DNA of 64,000 bases from Lama glama. Lineage: Eukaryota. The stretch is taken from the NCBI GenBank assembly GCA_028534125.1, contig CM052817.1, positions 34,846,001 to 34,910,000 of the forward strand. The letters are read 5' to 3'. Under the pieces are notes generated by a model. It ran no database searches, had not been told where the DNA came from, and was given only the letters and a program-made list of their open reading frames with translations. Made by a program: the position numbers and the translations under genes. Below are positions 26,390-38,848 of this stretch, in pieces (the stretch's first letter is position 1; each line of letters opens with the position of its first letter).

Positions 26390-29300
26390 AATGACCACCT
26401 TAAGTCTCCTAGAAGAAAACATGAGTGAATATTTTTATAAACTGAGACTGGAGGAAACTCAGCTATCACTCAAATTCAGAAGCAATTAAAATGAGTAATA
26501 TAACTACATAAATATAAGAAGACTTTGCATGAAAAAAACTAATTAATCAAATGACAAACTGGAAAAAACTGCAAGCTATATAACAATACACATATCCTTC
26601 ATATACAGAGTGCTCCTAAAATTGAGGAGTTAAAAAGACTAAGTGTAGTTTGCTGAAAAATTAGTAAAAGATATGAACAGACATTTCATAGGAAAAGAAC
26701 TGCAAGTGACATTTAAATATATGAAAAGATGCTCAACTTTGCCCATAATAAGAGAAATTTAAATTAAATATACAGTGTGATCCTGTTTGGATCAGACTAG
26801 AAAGAATCCAAAACTTTGACAACATTCCATTGGAAATGGGAAAACGGGTCCTCTCATTCACTGCTGTTGGAAATGCAAGAAAGGAATCCCATAGAAGAGA
26901 AATTTGGCAATAGCTTGCAGAATTACATGCACATTGACTCTGACCTGGCAATTTAATTTTATCTAAGACTCCATCTCAAAGGTACTTTGGCAAAGATACA
27001 GAATGATACATGCATAAGGCATGTGACATTGTTTATAAAAGTGAAATATTTCAAATAGCCCAAATATCCATTATTAGAGGATCAGTTGAATAAACTATGG
27101 TACAAATACACGTACAGTCCCAGGCAGCAGTACAAAGTGGAAAATAGAGAAGCCTGCAGGTGTGCCCTGATTGGAGGCCACTGGCATGGGGGAGGTGTAA
27201 ATGGGCTAACTAGAAGCTGAGTGTGCTAGGTGACTGGTTACAGGTGCATATATGGCTTTCTCTAGTTGGTCCTAAGTTGGAAGTGGGGGCCAAAATTAGG
27301 GAATCTGGCTTATTAATCAAGTACTGGCCACTTGGGGCCCATTACCATAGAGATTATTATTTGGCTTTCTAGATTAGTTGCTACAGATAGTAGTTTGACT
27401 TCCTGGACTGGTTATTATACATACTCGGTTGGCTTCATCAGCTGGTTGCTGCAGGTTGTAGGTCAGAGTTCTGTTTTTACATATAGTCTAGCCATTGTCC
27501 ATTTGTATATTCAGAAATCTCTTGATTATAGTGGTGGTTACATAATTATATACATTTCTCAAAATCCATTAAACCAAAAACCATATTCAGAAATTTAACT
27601 GTTAATATATTTGGTAGTGTTATTTTGACACTATCATAGGAGTATTGAATATTGTAGGATTGATCATATGTTATCATGTTAATGTCATCAGAAACTGAGA
27701 TTTTAAGTTTAATAGAATATATGTATAAAATCAAAGAAATTAAAATCCTCTATCGGCGAATTTAACTGGAAATATTAATATAAACTTCTCTTTAAGAAAA
27801 ATAAGCTTGCATTTCCTAGATTGGTCCACTGAGACTTTGAAGCAAAGGCATTGTGAGCAATGAGCATCTTAGTATGCAAGAGTGTTCTATAAATGCTGTT
27901 TACCACTGAAAAGAATGAAGACTGTTTAAAGAAATTACTGATTCTAGGTCTGGGACAGAAAATGTACAAGATGAACATGGGATATCTTGATGTACCAGGA
28001 AAAAAGGAAGCTATTAAAGTCAACTGGGGTCAGTCCAAGGGCACAGGAGCCAATTTGAAGTAGCTTCCACTGGCCTAAGATAGGACAATTTGAGCATAAG
28101 AAGGAAAATGACTATAATATAGTATAATAAAACACAAAATATATTTCAGCCCATGAATTTCATAATACTTAAAAAAATCTCATTTGTCATCATTGGAACA
28201 TCTGAAAATCAATAAATAAAGGAAAGACTCAAGCATATATCTTACCTTTCCTGTAGAAACTGTATTTCAGGTAACAGATGATAAGAGGAAGTTTTAAAGA
28301 AGAATTTCAAATAGTCAATGCAGTAGGAATGATAGAACTAGAAGATTACCATTTTTCAATGACTAATGAAATTATGGATTTAGGCAACAATTACCAATGA
28401 ATGTTAAAAACCATTAGGTAAAAGGTTATGGGGAACTTTATAATGGAAGGAGCAGGCTGACTCCACCCAAACCCAGTAAGTAATCTTAGTATCACTAAAA
28501 ATGGGTCAGCCAGCCCTACGTGCTCATTATGTGATGTGGTAAGATGTACATACACCACCAATGAAGGAGACTTATCTGAAAAATGAATGTGAATCTAATC
28601 AGTCTCCTAGGTTTAGCTACTGAGTTTTAGGAAATATGGGGAATGAAGGAATAAGCTAAATGACAACCAAATGAAGAATGAAATTCTACAGCACCAATGA
28701 CTCCATTTCTCTACAAATCAATTATTTAAAGTATGTGTGTGTGGTGGGGAAAGGGGAGGGTGGATAGAAAAACTGTTTATTATCTTATTCCTTAAGATAA
28801 AAGAGACTTAAGAAAGATAACATCCAAATACAACATGTGAACATGGTTTAGACCCTGATTTGAATATACCAAGTGTAAAAAAGACTGTTTTGAAACCATA
28901 ACGGAAAGTTGAATTTGGAGAATATTAGATATTAAGGAATAATCACTAATTTTGTTAAGTGTCATAAGGTTGTGATGGGTATGTTTTATAAAAGTCTTTA
29001 TAAATTAGATAAGACAGTTAGATACTAGGATATTTACTGGTGATACAGCATGAAGTGAGGATTTATTGTCAAATCCTGCAGGAATGAAAAATGGAGAACA
29101 ATTTAAAATAGGATTGGTGTAACCATTATTGAAACTGGATGAAGAATCCATGGGAGTTTATTATACCAGTCTCTCTACTTTTGGGTATGTTTTAAATTTT
29201 TCATAGTAAAACATTTAAAACTGTTAACATCTACCATTCTGAAACAAAAGCTAAAGATCATTTTGAAATACCGTTCTCTTATAAAAGGACGCAGAGTTAC

Positions 29301-30040
29301 TTGAGAATGGCTGGGGCAAGGAAAATACTAGGTAAGCCAGAATATCTAGGTGCCAGAGGATAAGGAAGTGCTTAAAAAAAAAGAGAGAGAGAGAGAGCAA
29401 AAAGACACAGGAAACAATTTGAAATAGTTGTCAATGGCTAGTGCTGGAACAATTTGAGCAACAAAACAAATAAGGAAGTACTGGAACATCACTCAAAGAA
29501 CAAAGTAAATACCTGAGCCCATACTAACAAAAAAATGAATGAGGGAAGAAAGAAAAATTCTTCCTTATGGTATAGTTTCAAATAATAAAAGTAGAAGGAA
29601 TGAGGAAAACTAGTAAATGTAGAAAAAAAAATGAGGAAAATAGAAAATCACCATCAAAGCACCATAGCACCATAGTAGTAATTGCTGCAGATGAGATCAA
29701 TAAATGAATACTAAAATTAATGAGTGAAAGTTTAAGGAGAAATAGAATATTTTCATAGCCTCAAAGTGTTTCTCCTAAAATAGTTGTTGACTAAAAGAGG
29801 GGAAAATAGTAACATTATAGCGGCAGACATCTGATAGACAATCCCTTAAACAGGGATCGAGGTAAATATTACCAGTAGTAATGGGACATACCAATGTCGA
29901 GATATGATACGATGCACTGAGAAAGGCACCTCACCTCTGTACTGTTCTTCCCCCAAATACATAACCTTTGTCTAACCATGAGAAAACACCGGACAAATCC
30001 AAATTGGGGGGCATTCTGTAAGTTAGGATGCTTCAAACAA
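26390..30040 (+). mobile_element. Nested older L1 fragments (L1MC/MD/ME-type), with an LTR-like insert at about 27140-27510
   Basis: L1 ORF2 remnants ('aaaagatgctcaac', 'gaataaactatggtac') and L1MC/MD-like 3' UTR motifs. Subfamilies are not resolved. Confidence 0.55.
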
Positions 30041-30054
30041 AACAAAATGGCTGC

Positions 30055-30975
30055 CATAACAAAACGAAAAGGCAACCTGCTCAATGGTAGAAAATATTTG
30101 CAAATCATATATCTGATTAGGGATGATATCCAAAATACATGAAGAACTCATACAATTCAATAGCAAGAAAATATACCATCTGATTTTAAAATGGGCAAAA
30201 GATCTGAATAGACATTTTTCCATAAAAGACATACAGATGGCCAATGGGTACATAAAAAGATGCTCAATATCATTAATCATCAAGAGAAATGCAAGCCAAA
30301 ACCACAATGAGATATCACCTCACACCAGTTAGAATGGCTATTACCAAAAAGACAAGAAATAGCAAGTATGGGGAGGATGTGGAAAAAAGGGAACCTGCAT
30401 GCACTGTTGGTGGGAATTTAAATTGGTGCAGCCACTATGGAAAACAGTATGGAAGTTTCTCAAAAAACTAAAAATAGAGCTAACATATGATCCAGCAATT
30501 CCACTTCTGGGTATTTATCCAAAGAAAACGAAAACACTTACTCAAAAAGATATCTGCATTCCCATGTTCACAGCAGCATTGTTTAAAATAGTCAAGATAT
30601 GGAAACAACCTAAGTGTCCATCAATAGATAAATGGATAAAGAAAATGTCACACACACAAACACACACACACACACGAGTATTATTCAGCCATAAAAAAGA
30701 ATGAAACCTTGCCATTTGCTACAAAATAGATGGATCTCAAGGGCATAACGCTAATGAAATAAGTTAGACAGTGGAAGACAAATACTGTATGATCTCTCTT
30801 ATATGTGAAATCTTAAGAAAAAGAAAGTAATTGCTCATAGATACAGAGAACAGACTGGTGGTTGTCAGTGGTGGGGTGTTGGGGAGATGGGAAAAATGGG
30901 TGAAAAGGGTCAAAGGTAAAAAGAAAAAATAATTATAATAAAGTAAATTAAAATGAAAAAAATTATAAAATAAAG
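30055..30975 (+). mobile_element. L1 (L1MA-like) ORF2 C-terminus and 3' UTR
   Basis: ORF 30399-30704 '[40 protein letters not shown]' is the classic L1 ORF2p C-terminal segment. It is frameshifted relative to the upstream pieces. Confidence 0.92.
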
Positions 30976-31089
30976 TTAAGATCAGCTTTCTGAGCCAGGC
31001 AAAGGGAAGGCAAGGAAAGAAAAAAAAACCTTTAAGTTGTGTATATTTTGTATGATTTCCTGCCTTAATTGAGTTTTTCAATTATCTGG

Positions 31090-31392
31090 CCAGAGCTTTG
31101 AGGAAAGAATCTGCCCAGGCATCTCTCCTTGGCTTGTAGATGGCCATCTTCTCCTGGTGCCTTTACATTGTCTTCCCTCTGGGCATGTATCTGAGTCCAG
31201 ATTTCCTCTTTTTATGAGGACAAGTCATGTTGGATTAGAGCCCACTGTAATGACCTCATTTTAATTTGGTTGCTTCTATGAAGATCCTATCTCCACGTAA
31301 GGTCACATTCTGAGACACTGGGGGTTATGACTTTAAAATAATGAATTTGGGACAGTGAGGAGTATGGGAAGGGGGACACAATTCTATTCATA
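31090..31392 (-). mobile_element. MaLR LTR fragment (MLT1B/C-like)
   Basis: 'ggcttgtagatggccatcttctc...ggattagagcccactgtaatgacctcattttaa...ggtcacattctgag'. Confidence 0.75.
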
Positions 31393-32757
31393 ATTATGAG
31401 GAACAGATTGGAGGACACTTAAGGGGACTTGACAACTAAATGCAGTGTGAGATCCTGGATTGGATCCCACAATAGAAAAAGGATATTGGTAGAAAAACTG
31501 AAGAAATCTCAATAAGATCTATGATTTAGTTAGTGATATTATACTAAAGTTAATTTCTTAGTTCTGGATAATTGGGCTATGGGTATGCAAAATGTTAGCA
31601 CTGGGGGAAGCTGGGCAATGAGTTGGGGGGGGAGCTCTCTGTACTACCTTTGCAACTGCTCCATAAGATTAAATTTTAAAAAGTTAAGACCTATTTGAGT
31701 TAATTTCTATCAAGTACCTAAACGATGAAGAGACAGACAATTTGTGGGAAAATGAATTGGTTGCATCTCACTTCCAAGTGCGAAACCAAGTCACCACTGG
31801 TTTTCTTGTTCTGAAAATGGGAAATGCCCTCTAATTGGGACAAGTAAAAATACCTTTTTTCTCAAAGCAGGCAGTTCAAGTGATGATATGCTAGAAAAAT
31901 CTCACACATCCTACTCCAAGTCTTGCATTACCCTCTCCAACTAATAAAAAACCTATCCATATAGCTCATGTGTTTGCTTCTAAGGTAAAAAGCTCAGATT
32001 GTGGTCTATGAAAGTGATCATGTCCCATATTGGAATGATGTCTTTAAAGAGAGAAGAAAGATAGTATCTCATTCATATTTGTATTATACAGTGGAGGCAC
32101 TCAAATTATGTGTATTTATTTTCTTGACATGTAATCCTTATAAAGAAAACTTGAATTTTTATTTACTTACTGAAAATCAGATCACCTTAGTATTATTTTT
32201 TTCCTCTCTCTGCCTTTGCTTCTCTGTATTCTTTTTTCTCCCCTACTCTTTTTAAGTTTAATTCCTCTGCAAGCCAAAATGTCTTTAATTCTCTACACTC
32301 TTTCCTCGTATATTTTTAATTTTACTCCTCTTTTAGCTAAGCCACTGCCAGCAATTTGAAACTCCTAGTGCCTAGTTGCCAAGACTAGCAGAATCACCCA
32401 CACAGGCCTTCAGGTCGTGCACCACACTAGAGGATCCCATCTAAAGGAGAATTATTCCTATCATCGACAACAATTAATTTAGAAGACAATTTACAGGCGA
32501 AATCTACAATTTCAGGCCACCCAGTCGAGTTCTGGAACGGTTGGGGAGAGCTCCCTCCTTCATAAAGTCTCATCTGAACTCAGAGAGAGTACCAATCTAC
32601 CAGCACACACTCTAGCAATTGTCCACAGTCTCACTTGACTACATTCTGAGCATCTGTTTGTATCAGCTGGCTATTTTCACAATAATACAGTACAACAACA
32701 ACTCTATGTCTGAGTGGCTTATAAACAACAAGCATTTAGCTCTTGCTTATGCACCTT

Positions 32758-32821
32758 TTTTTTTACTTTTTTTAACAATATAACATTTTTTATTGATTTA
32801 TAATCATTTTACAATGTTGTG
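32758..32821 (-). mobile_element. 64-bp young L1 3' tail inserted in an MLT1-like LTR
   Basis: TSD ttgcttatgca(c/t)ctt at 32743-32757 and 32822-32836. The insert is the reverse complement of the L1 tail at about 35272-35313. Confidence 0.85.
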
Positions 32822-33177
32822 TTGCTTATGCATCTTGAGGTTCATTGGAATAGGGCGAATCCAGGCTGGGCTTGGCTGAACTGAGCTGGGATGGGCTCAG
32901 ATACTGTATGGGTACTTAAAAATTAATTTTTTATAATATTCTATAATTTTTTTAATCATCTAATTCTTTACCTCAAAAAGTCCTATTTAAAGAAAACATC
33001 ACCACAAGTAGAATGGTGATTGCCAGGGACTGGAAGAGTGGGAATGAGCAGTTATTGTTTAATGAATTTCAGTTTTGCAAGATGAGGATTCATGGAGATG
33101 GAGGGTGGTGATGGCTGTGTAACAATATGAATGTACTTAATACCACTGAACTATACACTTAAAAATAGTTAAGATAG

Positions 33178-33317
33178 GGGGAAGGTATAGCACAAGTGGT
33201 AGAGTGCATGCTTAGCCTGTATGAGGTCCTGGGTTCAATCCCCAGTAATTCTCCTAAGAATAAATAAGTAAACAAACCTAATTACCTCCCCCACCCCCCA
33301 AAAATTTAAAAATTAAA
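33178..33317 (+). mobile_element. tRNA-Ala-derived SINE (camelid Vic-1-like) inserted in an old L1 3' UTR
   Basis: tRNA-Ala-like head with A box 'tagcacaagtggt' and B box 'ggttcaatcc', plus an A-rich tail. TSD aaaaatag(t/a)ta(a/t)gatag at 33161-33177 and 33318-33334. Confidence 0.85.
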
Positions 33318-35110
33318 AAAAATAGATATGATAGCAAAGCTTATGTTATACGTATTTTGCCACAATGTTTTAAATTGGGGGGAAAATTATTGATAATGTA
33401 AAGAAAATGAAAAAGCCACTGAGCTTTCAAATTTTTCTTACGCTTAAATGAATAACCAGACAACATCAAAATCATAAGCTGTCCCCCAAGTTAACACTGA
33501 TGAGAATATTAAGCCAAGTAGAAATACTGGTACTGTAGTTATCAACCAATGCAAATATTGATGAGCCTCATTTGTTTCACTGTCAAGAAAACATGAAATA
33601 AATTTTGTAGATGTCTATAGGTTTCAGAAACAAATCTTTTATTTCAACCATGCAATGGAAATTTGTTCTTTGTTCCAGATAAACTAACCTTTTAGTGGTG
33701 GCTAGTCCTAATATCAAGTTTTTGCATGTTATTCTAATATAACCATTTCAGTCTGGGCAGTTTTCTGCAGACCACTTTTACTGAGTTTCTCTTAACAGTC
33801 ATGCTTTTCTATTTCATGGTTTGACCATCCCTTTTTTTGCTATCAAGTTGAAGTATTTTTCCTGAAAGACTGACGATTCTATGGAAAAACAGGTAACAAG
33901 TTCATTACATAAGTACCAGATTTTATACACAATTCTAGGAAACACTTGACCCTCAAGCCCTTGACTCTACTTTCAAGCCAAAATATGTTAATAGTAAAAA
34001 TTAATTATCTACACTATTTGTCACTAAATAATCATAGCAATAGCAAAATCTTATCTTTGTACAGTTTAAGTACTACTTACCAGAAAGTTACTTACTGACT
34101 GTTGTTTAAACAAACTTAGCATATGTGAAATATATATCTTCCCGCCAAATTTTATCCATACAAATGGTAAACAATTTAATAACTCTTTGGGACAAAGAAG
34201 GGATATAAGTTTAAAGCAGTCAGTCAACATTAAATTTGATTTTCCATAAAGATGAATACAGTCAAACCATTTATATTTATCTTGATTTGCTTACATTCCT
34301 AGAGTGCAGGTCTAGGCTTGCCAGTAATGTTACTCCTGAATTCCCCAAGTGCAAAGGAGAGAAAAATCTGTGTCCAGGGATTAACCTGAGTGTATTAACG
34401 AGGTCACAATGAGAGTCATTAACCTCTACTTTCAAGCCAAAATATGTTGTGTATTTTTTGTCCATAGTGGCCAATTCCGAGAAAAGATTCAGAATTAGGT
34501 GAGAGATGATCTCTGCACTTCTGAGAGAATCTCTCCAAATGTAAATAGGGAACGTAGCACTGTGCTTTTATTATCATATCACCCTAAAACACGTGCATTG
34601 AATAAGGCAACTGCACAAAAAAAACTTTGAGATGCAGTATGATTCTGCAAGCCAACCTTTGCCTTCCTCATAGTATTTGTATGTCTTACTGTATTATTTG
34701 TCTATGTTGTTCAAATGTGCATCTTTTATCTAGTTAATATCTAGTTTTAATATTTATTTAATTATAGTGATCACCATCTTCAGTTAGTGTCTACCTGACT
34801 TCCTTCTATAAAGCTGCAAAGAAATGGAAAGTATCATGTTGGGGTAGCTACATCTGTTTCTTATAAAACCTAGAACAAACACCCATTGCTTAATGTGCCT
34901 AACAGGAGAAGCTGTCCTCTCATCCTGTCTCTGTTAAAGCCATTTATAAATAAAGAATCTGGAAACGGAGCACAGTGATCCTTGTTCCAAAAAAAACAAA
35001 TTACTTGGTGTTCTTTGTGTTGATACTAATGGTCTGACGTCTCTGAAAAACTGCTCCTCCTTCCTTAGACAGGAATGTGCATAATTGAGTTATAAGAAAA
35101 CAATGCTCAG

Positions 35111-35319
35111 TTTTGAAATCCCAAAATTGTAGAATAGATAAACAAGATTACACTGTATAGCACAGGGAAATATACACAAAATGTTATGATAACTCACAGA
35201 GAAAAAAATGTGACAATGAGTGTGTATATGTCCATGAATGACTGAAAGACTGTGCTGAACACTGGAATTTGACACAACATTGTAAAATGATTATAAATCA
35301 ATAAAAAATGTTAAAAAAA
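35111..35319 (+). mobile_element. Young 5'-truncated L1 with perfect 17-bp TSD
   Basis: aagaaaacaatgctcag at 35094-35110 and 35320-35336. AATAAA plus a poly(A) tail. Confidence 0.92.
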
Positions 35320-36051
35320 AAGAAAACAATGCTCAGAAACAGAAAAGAGAAAAAGCAAAGTAACTGACATAATAAAAATGCTCAAAGTTATGAATAAGGA
35401 AAAAATGAGATTATATAAACCCAAATCATTTCTTCAGACAGATGAAGACCCTCTTGGCCTCACAGTCAAGTTGAAATCAATTAGACTTAAATTAAGGGAC
35501 AGTTGGGCTGCAGTAAAAGTGGGTGATGCCTAAGTCCACGTCTGTGAGATCTGTGAGGTTTCTCACTAAGCAAAGTCTGCAAAGCCAGTGGCACTGCCCA
35601 CACGTTGGTGCTTCGTCAGGCAGAGTCCTGGAGGCAGTAGGACACTTCTGTCCCTCCTCTCTCAGGGACAGCTAAGGAAAAGGGATACTGCACTCCCCCT
35701 CAAAATGGGCAAAAAGAGTACAGGTTCTCTGAGGGATCTGAGATCAAGTCTCCACAAGCATCCCACCTCCGCTTCCTTGGTGCAGGCATCAAGAGTGATT
35801 CTCTGAGGACACAATTACCTTTCAGCCAATATTGTTTCGTAATTTTGCCAACATCGTTCAAACATCAATACTCACTACCCTTGGCCATTTAGAAGAGAAT
35901 TTTCCCTTGGAGCGCATTTGCAATAAAAAATTTATTTCATGCTACCCAAACATGAGATGGTCTCATACCTGAGATGTGTTAACATACATGGCTTTCTGCC
36001 TATGAAAGGGAAGTAGTATCTCAGGGCCTTTGTGACTATTTTGCTTCTCAA

Positions 36052-36169
36052 GAACATAAACCTACCCAATTTTATCTTCTAAACAACCTGCATGTAAATA
36101 GTAACTGTCATTTATTGAGTGTTTACTATGTGCCAAGCAATGTGCAAATGCTTCATAATAAATATACCT
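36052..36169 (+). repeat. Left arm of a 118-bp inverted duplication
   Basis: Reverse complement of 37733-37850 with 7 mismatches (counted by eye). Confidence 0.9.
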
Positions 36170-36559
36170 CCGTAAATTGCAGGACAGTCCCAAAAGATGG
36201 CAATGATTATTTTGAATTTACAGACGAGGAAACTCAAGCCCAGAAGAGTTAAGTAACTTGCCCTGGGTCACTGAACCAGTAAAGACCAGATTTGAAACCA
36301 GGTCTGAATGACCCCAGCGATCATGTATTTTTCACTATCTTATGTTGCTTCCCAAGCCTACTTTTTGCAGATGACTATAGTAACGTAGAGAAATATTCAC
36401 TGAAATACTACCATGTGCCTACTATGCACCTTTGGGCTAAATAATTAACCTGTGCCTCCATTTTCTAATCTTTAAAATAAGGATAAAAAAGATTCCTACA
36501 TCATAGGACTAAAGTAGTTAACACATGTAAAGTGCTTAGAATAGTCCATAGGACATAAG

Positions 36560-37210
36560 TGAAGTGGTATGAGTTCTAGGAACTGGGAACACATCAGTGA
36601 ACAAAACAGACAGAAGCCCTTGTCTTCATAAGCTTCATTCTAGAGAAAAGGAAAGAACAAATAAACAAACAAATAACATATATATGTATGTTAGCGATAC
36701 ATGTGTATCCGATGTAATGCCATAGTATTTCAGGATGTAATAAGAACCATGAAGAAAAGCAAAGCCAAAATGGAAAATAAAGGATGCTAGGCTGGGGCAC
36801 TATTTTAAACAGTGCTCTCATGGAAGGCCTCACTGGGGTAACCTTTGAGCAAGCTGAAGTCCTGGTGGGCGGGGAAAGCAGCAGATTATGTCGGGTCTCG
36901 TAGGTCATTGTAAGAAGCTGGGCTTTCACTCTGAAGCTACTGGAGGGTTCTGAGCAAAGGGTAACATGATATGGTTCATGCTTTTAAAAGGATCCCTCTG
37001 GCAGCTGTGTTAAGAATAAGCTGTAGGGACATAAGCAGTAATTCAGGAGGGACAAGCTATTGGCAATAATCAAGGAGAGAGTAGTAACAGAGATGGTGAG
37101 AGGTGATCAGATTCTGGATCTACTCTAAAGGTAGAGCCAATGCGATTTCTTGAAAGATTGGATTTAGAACATGAGAGAAAGAGAGGAGTCAAGGACCAGC
37201 AGCTGAAAAA
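36560..37210 (-). mobile_element. L2 fragment, continuing at about 41490-41600 beyond the ERV
   Basis: 'ttttaaaaggatccctctggcagctgtg', 'gagagaaagagaggagtcaagga', and later 'tttgagatgcctaatagacatccaagtgg'. Confidence 0.7.
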
Positions 37211-37732
37211 AGAGAGAGAACATGAACTCAAACGGAGAAAACTCAAGGAGAAACAGTGCTTGGAAATCTTTCCTGCATCATATTAAATTATTTCAGGCTC
37301 ACCTCTTTTCTTATTCCAAGTGTAGCTGCAGTGACCAATTCTATGCAGGCATCAACCAGCTTCTCTCAATATTCCAGCACCTTGCCTCTCTCACTCCCCA
37401 CCTATACCACGGGACACCGCAAGAACCAGCCCTCCTTGCACATGTGCAACTAGAAGCATGATGTGCAACCTTGACTGATGGCAGATAGGAGCCAGTGGAT
37501 AAATGCTTTCCTCTTTGCCCTTCACTCCAGGACAGAATTCTGAGACACATTTCATAAGGCTTCTCAGAAGGTACCACAGCACCAATCAACAATTGCCCAT
37601 GGCATTTGTCAACTCAATAATGCATCCAGCTATTGGCTTTTCTGCCTTCTCTATCTTGTTTCCCCGACCCCCTTATTCTTTTCCCTGAACTCATATTCTC
37701 AAATAAAGTACCAGCACATAAGTCTTTTTTGA

Positions 37733-37850
37733 AGGTATATTTCTTATAAAGCATTTGCACATTACTTGACACATAGTAAACACTCAGTAAATGGCAGTTA
37801 CTATTTACATGCAGGTTGTTTAGAAGATTAAATTGGGTAGGTTTATGTTC
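37733..37850 (-). repeat. Right arm of the 118-bp inverted duplication
   Basis: Inverted copy of 36052-36169, sitting at the 5' LTR/internal junction of the ERV-L. Confidence 0.9.
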
Positions 37851-38632
37851 CCCTTCAGGGAAACTCTGGGCATCAAAAGTGACTCCAGGAAGCAGTCCCA
37901 GATTTTGGAGGCTGATCCTACAACACTGATCATAAGATAATAAGGACACTGGCTGGGTAAATCGCAGGTGGTGATAACCCCTGGCTCTCCACTGTAGTAG
38001 CTTAGAACGAGGTGCAGATGGAAAATAAAACACTGAATTATATAGTGGCTATGGGTCTTGAGCATTATGGAAGCAATGGTAATTATCAGGTGGGCTGACT
38101 TCTGTTAACTGCTTTGGAGATCTGAACAAAAGAAAATGGCAGGCTCTGTTTAGCCAACAATCAAGTCATGGCACACTGTGAAAGCCAGAAACCTCTAAGG
38201 CAGAAGAGCCACTGAGAAGACCGTGCTAAAAATCAGCTCCAGTATAGAATCATTAGAGTGGCAGAGCTGCAAAGGAGTCTAAATGCACAGCCTTAAAAAT
38301 ACCACCCATGTCAAAGCTAGAGCCTTGGCAGGAAAAGAATGGAACCTTAAGATCTAGAATGGGGGCATTTGTGTGTACATGCCCTATAATCTGAAATCCC
38401 CAGATTTTTTTGTCATCCTCTTTGCCAGCAGTCTCCTTTTTCTTGATAAAGGAAAACAGCCTCTACTTGTCTGGAAATACTGCAAAGAATATATTTGAGG
38501 CAAGTGCCCTATTTATGACCTTATTTTCCCCAATATCCTACCTTATCCAACCCCCATTACCTCAAGCCCAGAACCAGAGCTTGAGCACAATCCATGTGGA
38601 GACTACAAGCCCTGCTCCAGGGAGAACTAGAC

Positions 38633-38848
38633 CAGGGTTCCTCAGTTTCAGCGCTAGTGACATGTGGGGCTGGATAATTCTTTGTTATGGAGGGTTGCCT
38701 TAAGTGTTTATAGGTTCTTAAGCAGCATCCCCGGCTCTACTCACTGGATGTTAGTAGAATCCTCTTGGTAATGACAACCAAAATTGTCTCCAAACATAAC
38801 CAAATGTCCCCTGGGAGTCAAAAAAATCACCCCTGTTGAGAACCACTG
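38633..38848. mobile_element. MER20 hAT MITE inside the ERV-L
   Basis: Ends 'cagggttcctca' and 'tgagaaccactg'; internal 'ggggctggataattctttgtt'. Confidence 0.85.

Noticed and set aside
30123..30704. Functional L1 ORF2
   Set aside because: Only frameshifted C-terminal fragments remain.
33178..33255. Apparent tRNA-Ala gene
   Set aside because: It has mismatched stems, a non-tRNA body, an A-rich tail and a TSD, so it is a SINE.
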